Positions 40,414 to 52,593 of a stretch of DNA of 64,000 nt are shown here, piece by piece (position 1 is the stretch's first letter; every line of letters starts with the position of its first letter). This stretch comes from an uncultured Candidatus Binatia bacterium (lineage in GTDB: Bacteria > Desulfobacterota > Binatia > Bin18). A model generated the notes under the pieces. The model worked only from the letters and a program-made list of their open reading frames with translations. It did no database searches and was not told the origin of the DNA. Both the position numbers and the translations under genes were made by a program. Location: the NCBI GenBank assembly GCA_965200965.1, contig OZ241744.1, forward strand, positions 1,568,001 through 1,632,000, in the 5' to 3' direction.

Positions 40414-41574
40414 ATGCAAAAACGGTATTTGCTAACCCCCGGGCCGACCCAGGTTCCGCCCGAGGTCCTGCTGCGCATGTCGCAGCCGATCATCCATCAC
40501 CGCAGCCCGGAATTCAGTCAGCTTTTTGCCGAGGTCCAAACCGGGTTACGCTGGCTGTTTCAAACCGGCCAAGATGTGCTCATCCTGGCCGCCTCAGGCA
40601 CCGGGGCAATGGAGGCGGCGGTCTTCAATATCTGTTCAGCCGGGGACAGCGTGCTGGTCATTAACGGCGGCAAATTCGGCCAGCGATGGCTGAAAATCTG
40701 TCAGGCGGCCGGCCTCGCAGTCATTGAAATCCAGGTTGAGTGGGGCCGGGCGGTGGCCGTTGAGGCAGTGGCCCAGGCGCTTGCTCAACATCCTGAGGTG
40801 CGGGCCGTCCTCGTCCAGGCCAGCGAGACCTCAACCACCGTGCTGCATCCCGTCCAGGACCTCGCGCGTCTGACCCGCCACACCGACCGCCTGCTGATCG
40901 TTGACGCTATTACCGCACTTGGCGCGACCGCAGTGCCGATGGACGACTGGGGGATTGATATTCTGGTCGCCGGCTCGCAAAAAGCCCTCATGCTACCGCC
41001 GGGCCTCGCCTTGGTGGCTCTCAGCGTCAAAGCTTGGCAGCGGACCGCCGCGGCCAGCCTGCCACGTTTCTATTTTGATTTGCAACGTGAGCGCCAAGCC
41101 CAATACCGCCATACGACCGCTTACACTCCGGCCGTCTCGCTGATTGTCGGCCTGCACGAGGTCTTACGCCTATTACAGCACGAAGGCTTAGCCCAACTGT
41201 ACGCCCGGCACGCGCGTCTGGCTCAGGCGGCCCGGACCGCAGCCCAGGCGCTGGGTCTGCGTTTACTCGCGCCCGAGCACCCTAGTCCGGCGGCTACCGG
41301 GGTATGGTTGCCTCCTAAGGTGAACAGCAACCGGCTGCTGAACGCTATGCGCACTCACATGGGGGTTGATATTGCGGGCGGCCAGGACCAACTGAGCGGA
41401 AAAATTGTTCGGATCTCTCATATCGGCTATACTGGCCCCTTTGACGTGATTACCGCCATCAGCGCTCTGGAGATGGCATTAAGCTCGTTTGGCTGTGATA
41501 TCGAACTCGGACGCGGCGTTCGGGCCGCCCAGGAAATCCTGATGACGGGCTGGCCCGCTCTGAACCAGGCCTAA
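40414..41574 (+). CDS. Class V PLP aminotransferase (serine-pyruvate/alanine-glyoxylate type; probable phosphoserine aminotransferase role)
   Basis: LLTPGPT, SGTGAME, ETST, VDA, GSQKALMLPPG, YTP; immediately upstream of serA. Confidence 0.88.
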   Translation: MQKRYLLTPGPTQVPPEVLLRMSQPIIHHRSPEFSQLFAEVQTGLRWLFQTGQDVLILAASGTGAMEAAVFNICSAGDSVLVINGGKFGQRWLKICQAAGLAVIEIQVEWGRAVAVEAVAQALAQHPEVRAVLVQASETSTTVLHPVQDLARLTRHTDRLLIVDAITALGATAVPMDDWGIDILVAGSQKALMLPPGLALVALSVKAWQRTAAASLPRFYFDLQRERQAQYRHTTAYTPAVSLIVGLHEVLRLLQHEGLAQLYARHARLAQAARTAAQALGLRLLAPEHPSPAATGVWLPPKVNSNRLLNAMRTHMGVDIAGGQDQLSGKIVRISHIGYTGPFDVITAISALEMALSSFGCDIELGRGVRAAQEILMTGWPALNQA

Positions 41575-41623
41575 GGCAGGGGGACGAGCCACATCCAGCA
41601 CGCAGTCCAAACAGAGCAAACCC

Positions 41624-43213
41624 ATGAGTTCCAAGGTCCTCATCACCGATTCCCTCGCTCCGCAAGGTCTGGAGCGTTTGCAGTCCTATCCCGGTCTCGA
41701 AGTCGAGGTACGGTCCGAGCTGTCCGCGGCTGATCTCATCCAACACATCCCGGCCTACCAAGCCTTAATTATTCGCAGCGGCACAAAAGTCACCCCCCAG
41801 GTTATTGCCGCGGCCAGCCAACTCCAGGTTATCGGGCGGGCCGGGATCGGGGTCGATAATATCGCGGTCGAAGCGGCGACCAAACAGGGGATTGTGGTCA
41901 TGAATACACCGGGCGGGAATAATGTGACTACCGCCGAGCACGCGATCTCCATGATGCTGGCTCTGGCCCGGAATATCCCCCAGGCCAACGCCTCAATTCG
42001 AGCCGGCCGCTGGGAGCGGACCAAATTCACCGGCAGCGAGGTGTGCAATAAGACGCTCGGCATCATCGGCCTCGGTAATATCGGAGCGATTGTGGCCGAA
42101 CGGGCGCTGGGGCTGCGAATGCGGGTGATCGGCTACGACCCGTTTATCACCCCCGAGACTGCGGCCAAGCTGCGGATTGAGCTCGTCAGTCTGGACGAAC
42201 TGTACGTTCAGGCAGACTTTATCACCATCCATACCCCGCTGACCGAAGAAACCCTGGGGCTGCTTGGCCGGACCGCCTTTAGCCGGATGAAGACCGGGGT
42301 GCGAATTATCAACTGTGCGCGGGGCGGGATTCTTGACGAACAGGCTCTGCTGGCCGCCCTCCGGAACGGCAGCGTTGCCGGGGCTGCCCTTGACGTCTTC
42401 GTCACAGAGCCGCCGCCGACCTCCCACCCCTTGCTCCAGCTCGACAATGTCATCTGCACCCCGCATCTGGGCGCGGCCACCGACGAAGCCCAGATCAATG
42501 TTGCGGTGGCGATTGCCGACCAGGTCGCCAACTATCTGATCCGGGGCGTGATTCAGCACGCGGTCAACTTTCCCTCGCTGACTCCAAAACTGATCACCTT
42601 TCTCCAGCCCTACCTGCTGCTAGGCGAAAAACTAGGCAGCTTTTCAGCCCAGTTGACTGGCGAAGCGCCGCTGGAAGTCCACATCGAATACACCGGTGAT
42701 CTGACCGACTACGATGTCGCCCCGGCCACCGCCGCGGTCCTGCGCGGGCTGCTCAGCCCGATTCTGGAATCGAGCATCAACTATGTGAACGCCCCGCATA
42801 TCGCCCGTGAGCGGGGCGTGCGGGTGGTGGAATCGCGCAGCAACCGGCCCAGCGATTTCTTCAACTCGATCACCGTCAGCGTTGTGAGCACGGGCGGTGT
42901 CAACACGATCGAAGGGGCGGTCTTCACCAACAACGTGGTCCGGCTGGTGCGGGTCAATACGTCCTATCTCGAAGCCGTCCCTGAAGGGCATATCATTGTC
43001 CTGCACAACCACGATGTGCCGGGCGTGGTCGGCAGTGTGGGGACGGTCCTCGGACAGCACCGGATCAACATCGCCGGGCTTGAACTGGGACGCGAACGAG
43101 CCGGCGGCCAAGCCCTGGCCCTCGTCCATGTTGACGCCCATGTTTCGGCCGGGGTCTTAGACGAACTGCGCAGCCTGGAGTCGGTCATTTCGGCCCAGCA
43201 GATCCACTTATAG
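41624..43213 (+). CDS. serA: D-3-phosphoglycerate dehydrogenase (type I, with ASB and ACT domains)
   Basis: RAGIGVDNI, GLGNIG, NCARGG, TPHLGAAT.EAQ, C-terminal ACT DVPGVVG. Confidence 0.95.
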   Translation: MSSKVLITDSLAPQGLERLQSYPGLEVEVRSELSAADLIQHIPAYQALIIRSGTKVTPQVIAAASQLQVIGRAGIGVDNIAVEAATKQGIVVMNTPGGNNVTTAEHAISMMLALARNIPQANASIRAGRWERTKFTGSEVCNKTLGIIGLGNIGAIVAERALGLRMRVIGYDPFITPETAAKLRIELVSLDELYVQADFITIHTPLTEETLGLLGRTAFSRMKTGVRIINCARGGILDEQALLAALRNGSVAGAALDVFVTEPPPTSHPLLQLDNVICTPHLGAATDEAQINVAVAIADQVANYLIRGVIQHAVNFPSLTPKLITFLQPYLLLGEKLGSFSAQLTGEAPLEVHIEYTGDLTDYDVAPATAAVLRGLLSPILESSINYVNAPHIARERGVRVVESRSNRPSDFFNSITVSVVSTGGVNTIEGAVFTNNVVRLVRVNTSYLEAVPEGHIIVLHNHDVPGVVGSVGTVLGQHRINIAGLELGRERAGGQALALVHVDAHVSAGVLDELRSLESVISAQQIHL

Positions 43214-43259
43214 CGCAATTTCCGAACAAGAACTTCTGTGAGGAGAACGAGGATTGAAC

Positions 43260-43718
43260 ATGGAAGCGATGCCCCCTGAACTCATCTGGTTGCTTCTGGG
43301 TATCTTGCTTATTCTGGCAGAATTTGTCCTGCCGGGACTCATTGCCATTTTCTTCGGCCTCGGTGCACTAGTGGTGGGTCTCTTGCTCTGGGCGGGGATG
43401 CCGGGAGATGGCCCGGTGCCCTTTGTTGTGTTCTCCGGTGTTTCGGTTGGTTCATTGCTGCTGTTGCGCGGGCTGTTCAAGCCGTGGTTTACAGGCCGGT
43501 CCCTAGGCGTGCAGGTCACGGGCGAAGACGAGGATTTTGTCGGTCGCAAGGCCGAGGTGGTGTCCGGATTCGACGCCTCGCGAAGTTCCAGTGGGAGAAT
43601 TATCTATCGCGGCACTCAGTGGGAGGCCCGTGCTGCGGATGCTTGTGCTTTGGAAATCGGCTCTCAGGTGCGGATCGTCGGTCGTGAAGGTTCAGTTCTG
43701 ATAATAGACGAGGACTAG
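43260..43718 (+). CDS. NfeD-like membrane protein
   Basis: N-terminal TM segments, G.I.YRGT.W.A OB-fold motif; adjacent to an SPFH gene. Confidence 0.85.
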   Translation: MEAMPPELIWLLLGILLILAEFVLPGLIAIFFGLGALVVGLLLWAGMPGDGPVPFVVFSGVSVGSLLLLRGLFKPWFTGRSLGVQVTGEDEDFVGRKAEVVSGFDASRSSSGRIIYRGTQWEARAADACALEIGSQVRIVGREGSVLIIDED

Positions 43719-43723
43719 GGAAC

Positions 43724-44662
43724 ATGGACATATCTCTCATTCTCTCCCTGGGTTTGGCAATAGTGGTCATTGTCACCATCATCAAGACAGCACGCGTAGT
43801 GCCCCAGAGAGAACAATTTGTGATTGAGCGACTGGGCAAGTATTCCCGCACCCTAGACGCCGGCTTCCACATACTCATTCCGTTCCTGGACAAGGTGGCG
43901 TATCGTCACTCCCTGAAAGAACAGGCGATGGACGTAGCGTCCCAGACTTGCATAACCCGGGACAACATCTCGGTATCTATCGACGGCATCCTGTATATGC
44001 AGGTGGTGGACGCCCGTGCCGCCAGCTATGGCATTGAAAATTACGCTTTCGCCGCATCCCAGTTGGCTCAGACAACACTCCGTTCGGAAATCGGCAAAAT
44101 TGAGTTGGACAGGACTTTCGAGGAGCGCGAATCCATCAACGCCCAGGTAGTGGATGTGGTTGACCGGGCCTCAGAGCCTTGGGGAGTGAAAGTTCTCCGG
44201 TACGAGATCAAAGACATAGTGCCCCCGGCCTCCGTCAAAGATGCCTTGGAAAAGCAGATGCGGGCCGAACGGGAGCGACGGGCTGTGGTGGCTCGGTCTG
44301 AGGGCGAACGTCAGGCCAAGATCAATGTGTCCGAAGGCGATATGCGGCAGGTAATCAACCTGTCGGAAGCGGAGAAGCAGAAGCAAATCAACGAAGCGGA
44401 AGGTAAGGCCCGAGAGATCACCCTGATCGCGCAAGCCACGGCTGACGGTTTACAAAGTATCGCCGAAGCCATCAGTCAGCCGAGCGGCATCGACGCGGTG
44501 AACCTGCGTGTTGCCGAGCACTATGTCAGGGAATTCGGGAAACTGGCCCGGACCAACAACACCCTGATCCTACCGTCCAACCTCGGAGACATAGGTTCTC
44601 TGGTAGGCGCGATCATGAAAACCGTTGAAGGCATCAAGACGAACGCTGATGACTCGGGCTGA
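43724..44662 (+). CDS. SPFH/stomatin-like (QmcA-type) protein
   Basis: VIERLGKY, ITRDN, LAQTTLRSEIG, WGVKVLRYEIKDI, QMRAERERRA. Confidence 0.92.
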   Translation: MDISLILSLGLAIVVIVTIIKTARVVPQREQFVIERLGKYSRTLDAGFHILIPFLDKVAYRHSLKEQAMDVASQTCITRDNISVSIDGILYMQVVDARAASYGIENYAFAASQLAQTTLRSEIGKIELDRTFEERESINAQVVDVVDRASEPWGVKVLRYEIKDIVPPASVKDALEKQMRAERERRAVVARSEGERQAKINVSEGDMRQVINLSEAEKQKQINEAEGKAREITLIAQATADGLQSIAEAISQPSGIDAVNLRVAEHYVREFGKLARTNNTLILPSNLGDIGSLVGAIMKTVEGIKTNADDSG

Positions 44663-44684
44663 CCTGCGACAGCGGACCCAGTAG

Positions 44685-47004
<2,320 letters not shown>

Positions 47005-47059
47005 GGGGGTTGACCTTGGCAGGGAGAGGAGCGTCTGTGTGTGATGCTCCCTACATCAG

Positions 47060-47268
47060 CGCGTTCCGTCCTGCGACAGCGAGACACTTTCGAGCCGCGC
47101 TTGCGGGTGGCAGACTCGCCGGGCAAGTCTTCCTTGATCGCTGCAAGCTCGCCGAGGTTGACATCATCGGCCCGATAGGTGGCACCGAAGCCGGCCACGC
47201 CGAGCACTCCTCGGAGCGTGTCTTCCTGTAGCCGGGTGCCTGCCGGCAGGGCGTTTGGGGTGGCCCAT
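47060..47268 (-). pseudogene. Remnant of a Hanks-type Ser/Thr protein kinase (subdomains I-II only)
   Basis: Manual translation NALPAGTRLQEDTLRGVLGVAGFGATYRADDVNLGELAAIKEDLP contains a Gly-rich loop and AIK. The ATG at 47268 is out of frame by 1 nt, and no catalytic loop follows. Left boundary approximate. Confidence 0.72.
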
Positions 47269-47280
47269 GTAGAGTCCCGA

Positions 47281-47699
47281 TCATGTGAGTTTCAGCAGGG
47301 AATAATCCGGTGACTCGGGTCGTGGACTCAGGGTGCGGTTGGTGCAGTCGGCGACTAAATCCAGGGCTTCAAGGACGATCTGGCCGATCAGCGGCTCGCT
47401 CAGGGGCGGGCCGACAACACAGTCGGTGCTCATAAAACGGTTGCCAATGTGAATAGTCAGGGGGCCGGCCACCGGGCGTTCCTCCTTGCGCTCATCCGCG
47501 CAGGAGACAACAACGATCCGGCGTATTTCCAGTCCCAGTCGCTCAACTACGTTCTGCGGCACGACCAGCATGCCGGCTCGGTGTCAACAATTACCTCAAG
47601 GCTGGAACGACGAATGGCCGACTCCTCGCCATAGCCCTGCTCAAAAACGCCCCGGTCTGCGCCGTTTTCAAGCGTAACGGTGACCGTGATCTCTCCCAA
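47281..47699 (-). pseudogene. Clan AA (retropepsin-like) aspartic protease, frameshifted at the DTG motif
   Basis: AGGAGA RBS, TTG at 47699: MGEITVTVTLEN...VIVDT, then 'GAC ACC GA GCC GGC ATG CTG'. One base is missing from D-T-G-A-G-M-L. The second frame continues to EPLIGQIVLEALDL. Confidence 0.78.
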
Positions 47700-47753
47700 C
47701 TCGTTCTCCTGCCGGCGTATCGGTCAAGGCGCGCCGGGTGCATCGCTGCGGGC

Positions 47754-48407
47754 TCAGGCGTCAACCGTCTCGCCCGACAGCGCTACCCCGTCCAGATGAT
47801 CGGTATCGTTCACATAGTGGATCAGCGCACCGCCCGCCGCGGTCAGCGTCACCTTGCTCAGGCCGGTGTTGCCGATTTTGCCGATTTTGCGGAACTGGCT
47901 CATATCCAAACCGCGACAGTGCAATAGAAATGCCCGGACCGCGCCGCCGTGGGTCACGACCGCCACCTGCTGCCCGGCGTGCTTCTTGACCAGCACCCGG
48001 GCGGCATTGAGCAGCCGGCCTTGAAAATGGGCGAAGGTCTCGCCTCCGCCACGGGGCAGGTCTTCGCCCGCCCGCAGCCGCTCCCACTCTTCAGGATGGC
48101 GGGCAATGACCTCTCCGGTCCGCAGCCCACTCCAGGTACCGATATTCATCTCCCGCCAGCCGCTCTCAACGGTCGGCTCAACCCCCAAGGTCTGGCCAAG
48201 AATCGCCGCCGTATCCCCCGCTCGGATCAGATCGCTGGTGTAAATTGCCTGGACCGGCTGCTTTTCCTGCCACAACCGCCGGGCCAGCCGCCAGGCCTGC
48301 GTCCGGCCGCTTTCACTCAGCGGCACATCGGCTTGGCCCTGCCAGCGGTTTTCCTGATTCCATACCGTCTCTCCGTGACGGACTAAGAGTATGCGTACCC
48401 CCTCCAT
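47754..48407 (-). CDS. Histidine phosphatase (phosphoglycerate-mutase-like) family protein
   Basis: LVRHGET, SDLIRA, E...G.W.G, GGE, THGG. Confidence 0.9.
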   Translation of the reverse strand: MEGVRILLVRHGETVWNQENRWQGQADVPLSESGRTQAWRLARRLWQEKQPVQAIYTSDLIRAGDTAAILGQTLGVEPTVESGWREMNIGTWSGLRTGEVIARHPEEWERLRAGEDLPRGGGETFAHFQGRLLNAARVLVKKHAGQQVAVVTHGGAVRAFLLHCRGLDMSQFRKIGKIGNTGLSKVTLTAAGGALIHYVNDTDHLDGVALSGETVDA

Positions 48408-48624
48408 TGCTCTCCTCACGGCACAGATTCGTCAGACTCCCGGTTGACGGTCCGCCCTGGTTCAAGTGGTGGTAGCATGTCCGGCCTCGGATTGCCAGAT
48501 TGGCGGCTGAAACTGGCCCGGACGGACGGTCCCAGCCACCTTCTCTTGACCGAAAAGGTGAACGATGCTCTCTTCTTGTGGTTATCAGCTTGTGCCAGGC
48601 AAGGCTTCGGAGGAGGGACGGAGT

Positions 48625-49512
48625 ATGCAATACGGTGCTTTTTTACCCCATATTGGTCCACTGGCCCGGGGCGATGTGCTCAACAATATTCGGACCACCG
48701 CCCAAACGGCCGAAGCGCTTGGCTACGATTCCGTGTGGGTGGGCGATCATATCGTCACCCCGCTGGATATTGCCTCAAAATATCCGTATACCGCCAGCGG
48801 CGCGTTTCCGATTGACCCGCACGCGCCTATCCTTGAACCGCTGACGGTTCTGAGCTTTGCCGCGGCCTGTACCACTACAATCCGGCTCGGCACAGCAGTC
48901 CTGGTCCTGCCCCATCGGAATGCTGTGGTGACTGCCAAGACCGTCGCAACCCTTGACGTGCTGTCCGCCGGACGGGTCATCCTGGGAGTCGGTGTGGGCT
49001 GGATGGAGGAAGAGTTCGGTGCCCTGAACGCCCCGTTTGCCGACCGCGGCCCGCTGAGTGATGAGAGTGTGGCGGTCATGAAAGCGCTGTGGACCCAAAA
49101 CAGCGCAAGCTTCTCGGGGCGCTTTCACCAGTTCCCGGAGCTGTGCTGTGAGCCCCGGCCGGTCCAACAGCCCCACCCGCCGATCTGGCTGGGCGGGCAT
49201 ACCAAGCCGGCCCTGCGCCGGATTGTTGAATACGGCGACGGCTGGGCCGCGGTGGTGTTCAACCCTGAGGAGTTTGGCCAACGGATGGACAAACTCAGAG
49301 ACAGGGCGGCCCGGGCCGGACGGGATATGTCGACGATTACCCTGTGCGTGTCGCCCCGCGGCAAACGGCCCGAGGAAATTGTTGACGACATTCCTCGCTA
49401 CCAGGAGTTGGGAGCGACCTATCTGTACCTAGCCTTCTTCAATTTTGCCCGCAGCTATGAAGAAATGGCCGGGATGATGGAGCGCTTCGCGCGGGAGGTC
49501 AAGCTGAGCTAG
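48625..49512 (+). CDS. LLM-class (probably F420-dependent) oxidoreductase
   Basis: SVWVGDHIV, LGTAVLVLP.R, GRVILGVGVGW.EEEF, PPIWLGG, GDGW. Confidence 0.88.
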   Translation: MQYGAFLPHIGPLARGDVLNNIRTTAQTAEALGYDSVWVGDHIVTPLDIASKYPYTASGAFPIDPHAPILEPLTVLSFAAACTTTIRLGTAVLVLPHRNAVVTAKTVATLDVLSAGRVILGVGVGWMEEEFGALNAPFADRGPLSDESVAVMKALWTQNSASFSGRFHQFPELCCEPRPVQQPHPPIWLGGHTKPALRRIVEYGDGWAAVVFNPEEFGQRMDKLRDRAARAGRDMSTITLCVSPRGKRPEEIVDDIPRYQELGATYLYLAFFNFARSYEEMAGMMERFAREVKLS

Positions 49513-49576
49513 CCTATTCAGTTGCAGTCACGCTCAGCAGACAACGCACGGTCCTCGATCACCCGCAAGGATTCTC

Positions 49577-50047
49577 ATGGGCGGACAACAGGCACGCAGC
49601 TCTCACCCATATGCCCTCCGGTATCTGCTCGGCGTTTTTCTTCCCCTGACCGGACTTCTGCTGTCAGGCTGCTCAGGTCCAGAGCCCAGCAAACTCCTGA
49701 TTCACATCTCACAGGTTGAACTGAAACGCTTCAATGCCGAAACGCTGACCGTCCAGCTCGACTATGACTTGGCAGAGGAGGCCGAACTCCCCCTGCCCTA
49801 CCTCGAAGTGCTGGTCTTTCCGCTTGAACCCGAGGTCAAGCTGGCCGGTGCGCTCAGACCGTTTAGGCTCTACGCCGGCTCGGTCTCGGTCAGCTTTCCC
49901 ATTCCCGCCGATGCTGGAATTGACTGGGACGATCTGCGCGAGCCGAGCGCGTGTTGTACGGTTTCCCTCAAGGGCGTACGGGCAGACGGAGAAGTGGAAC
50001 GGATCAGCAATCAGGTTAGCGTCGCCCTCCCCGAACTGTCCGCTTGA
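49577..50047 (+). CDS. Hypothetical lipoprotein
   Basis: Hydrophobic stretch ending LLSGC, beta-rich mature region, AAGGA RBS. Confidence 0.6.
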   Translation: MGGQQARSSHPYALRYLLGVFLPLTGLLLSGCSGPEPSKLLIHISQVELKRFNAETLTVQLDYDLAEEAELPLPYLEVLVFPLEPEVKLAGALRPFRLYAGSVSVSFPIPADAGIDWDDLREPSACCTVSLKGVRADGEVERISNQVSVALPELSA

Positions 50048-50119
50048 CAAGACGCGTCGCCGGCGCGTAGTGGAGGGGGTGGCCGTGCAAGCTGTAGGAC
50101 AAGCCGGAGAGGAGAGGGC

Positions 50120-51310
50120 ATGGATCTCAGCTATTCCGAACAGGACCAAGCCTTTCGCAAACAGGTCCGGGCGTGGATGAAAAAAAACGTCCCCAAAAAG
50201 AACTCAGCGTTCGGCAAGCTGGCAGCCGATGACCCCCGACGTATTGAACGCGCAAAGGAATGGCAGCGCAGCCTGTATCAGGCCGGTTATGTGGCCATGG
50301 GCTGGCCCAAGGAGTACGGCGGCCAGGGCGACAGCAATGTCATGCGCCAGACGATTGTCAACGAAGAACTCGTCCTGGCCAAAGCGCCGGGTCTGATCGG
50401 TGCCTCGGGCCTGACCATGCTCGGCCCGACCCTCTTGCAGTGCGGCACCGACCAACAGAAACACCGCTATCTGCCCAAGGTCCTGACCGCCGAAGAGATC
50501 TGGTGCCAGGGCTATTCCGAGCCCGGCTCAGGCTCAGACTTGGCCTCCCTGCGGACGCGGGCCGAGTTGGTCGGCGACGAATTCATCATTAACGGCCAGA
50601 AGGTCTGGACCTCGGGCGCACAGTTCTCGGACTGGATGTTCTGCCTAGTCCGCACCGACCCAGACGCGCCCAAGCATCGCGGCATCTCCTATGTCCTGAT
50701 CGACATGAAAGCGCCCGGCATTACGGTCCGGCCCCTAGTCCAGATGACCGGCGACGCCGGGTTTAATGAGGTCTTTTTCGAGGATGTGCGAGTGCCCCGA
50801 GAAAACCTGGTCGGGGAGTTGAACCAGGGCTGGATGGTAGCCAACGCCACCCTGTTTCACGAGCGGAATATGCTGGGCTCCACCACCCGCACCCAGATCA
50901 TGATGCAGAACCTGATCCGTCTGGCCCGCAGCCATGAGCGCTACGGCAAACCCGCGGCCGAAGACCCGGTTATCCGTCAAAAGCTGGCCGAGTTGCTGGG
51001 CCGGGTTGAGGCCATGAAATACCATTCGCTGCGTCAGCTCACCGATGTCATCAAAGGCCGCCAGCCCGGCCTCGGGGCAATGGTCAATAAACTGGTCGGC
51101 ACCGAGTTGAACCACAACATCTGCGCCCTGGCGCTCGAGCTTATGAACTCCTACGCGCCGCTCAAACGCGGGGCCGACCAAGTGATAGACAACGGGGTGT
51201 GGCAGTACGAGTTCATGTTTACCCTGGGTCTGATTATTGGTGGTGGAACATCGCAGATTCAGAAGAATATCATCAGCGAGCGGGGTTTGGGCATGCCGAA
51301 GTCGGACTGA
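50120..51310 (+). CDS. Acyl-CoA dehydrogenase (catalytic subunit of a probable alpha2beta2 enzyme)
   Basis: CQGYSEPGSGSDL, NGQKVWTS, FNEVFFEDVRVP, TLFHER, GGGTSQIQKNII. Confidence 0.9.
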   Translation: MDLSYSEQDQAFRKQVRAWMKKNVPKKNSAFGKLAADDPRRIERAKEWQRSLYQAGYVAMGWPKEYGGQGDSNVMRQTIVNEELVLAKAPGLIGASGLTMLGPTLLQCGTDQQKHRYLPKVLTAEEIWCQGYSEPGSGSDLASLRTRAELVGDEFIINGQKVWTSGAQFSDWMFCLVRTDPDAPKHRGISYVLIDMKAPGITVRPLVQMTGDAGFNEVFFEDVRVPRENLVGELNQGWMVANATLFHERNMLGSTTRTQIMMQNLIRLARSHERYGKPAAEDPVIRQKLAELLGRVEAMKYHSLRQLTDVIKGRQPGLGAMVNKLVGTELNHNICALALELMNSYAPLKRGADQVIDNGVWQYEFMFTLGLIIGGGTSQIQKNIISERGLGMPKSD

Positions 51311-51330
51311 ACGCCGGCGGAGAGGGCGCT

Positions 51331-52464
51331 ATGGATTTTGGCCTGTCACCAGAACAAGAGTTGCTGCAAAACACGGCCCGGGAGTTTTTGACCCAAGAGT
51401 GCCCGCCCGCCCTGGTACGAGAGTTGTACAGCGACCCCGGCGGGTTTTCGCCCGAACTCCACCGCAAGACGGCCGCCCTGGGCTGGACCGGTCTGCTGAT
51501 CCCCGAAGCCTACGGCGGGCTGGGGCTCGGTATGCTGGATATGGCCGTGCTGCTCGAAGAGATCGGACGGGCGGTCATGCCTGGCCCGTTCCTGTTCTCG
51601 TCCGTGCTGACCACGCTTGGCCTAGTCCGGGCTGGAAGCCCCGCCCAGAAAGACGCCTGGCTGCCGCGCCTGGCTTCGGGACAGGCAGTTGGGACGTTGG
51701 CCTTTCTTGAGCGGGACGACCGTCTCGACGCCCGGGGCGTAGCCCTGAAGGCCAAAAAAACCAAACACGGCTACCTGCTATCTGGCACCAAAATGTTCGT
51801 CCCGTTTGCCGCGGTTGCCGATGTCCTGCTAGTAGCAGCGCGGACCGCTGGCAAAGCCAAGCGGGGGGTGAGTCTGTTCCTGGTCGAACGCCAAGCCCCG
51901 GGCCTCAGCATCACCCCGATCGATATCATTGACCAGACCCGGCGCGTGTATCGAGTCGAATTCCACCAGGTCGCCGTCCCCAAAACCGCCCTGGTCGGCA
52001 AAAAGGACAAGGGCTGGAAAACCACGGCCCGGCTGCTTGATGTGGCCTGTGTCGCTCTGGCCGCCGATAGCCTGGGCGGGTCTCAGAAAGCCCTGGAGAT
52101 GGCCGTTGAATACGCCAAAACCCGCACCCAGTTCAACCGACCGATCGCCTCATTCCAGGCCCTCAAACATATGGCGGCGGAAATGGCCAGCGACATCGAA
52201 CCGGCCCGGTCGCTGGTGTGGTATGCGGCCTATGCCTTTGACACCCTGCCGGCCGAAGCCTCGCGGGCCGCAGCCCTGGCCAAGGCGCGGCTGTCGGACA
52301 TCTACGCGCGCACCACCAACCGAGCGGTCCAGATGCACGGTGGCATCGGCTTTACCTGGGAGCACGATATGCACTTCTGGTTCAAACGCGCCAAGTGGAA
52401 CGAGTTTGCCTTTGGGGATGCAAGCTACCACCGTGAAAGGCTCGCTCAACTTGACGGGTTTTAG
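51331..52464 (+). CDS. Acyl-CoA dehydrogenase (partner subunit)
   Basis: MDFGLS start after an RBS, R.QFNRPIASFQA, QMHGGIGFTWEH; lacks the canonical SEP..GSD motif. Confidence 0.88.
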   Translation: MDFGLSPEQELLQNTAREFLTQECPPALVRELYSDPGGFSPELHRKTAALGWTGLLIPEAYGGLGLGMLDMAVLLEEIGRAVMPGPFLFSSVLTTLGLVRAGSPAQKDAWLPRLASGQAVGTLAFLERDDRLDARGVALKAKKTKHGYLLSGTKMFVPFAAVADVLLVAARTAGKAKRGVSLFLVERQAPGLSITPIDIIDQTRRVYRVEFHQVAVPKTALVGKKDKGWKTTARLLDVACVALAADSLGGSQKALEMAVEYAKTRTQFNRPIASFQALKHMAAEMASDIEPARSLVWYAAYAFDTLPAEASRAAALAKARLSDIYARTTNRAVQMHGGIGFTWEHDMHFWFKRAKWNEFAFGDASYHRERLAQLDGF

Positions 52465-52593
52465 GCCTAGCAGCACAATCTCAGACTGGACGCCAGGGAC
52501 GGAAATCGCTACCTTGCGGGGAAGGTGAACGAGGCTCTGACCGCCTCATGAGAATTCACCCCCAGACCATATCACTCTCAGGGGAGGAGAACA

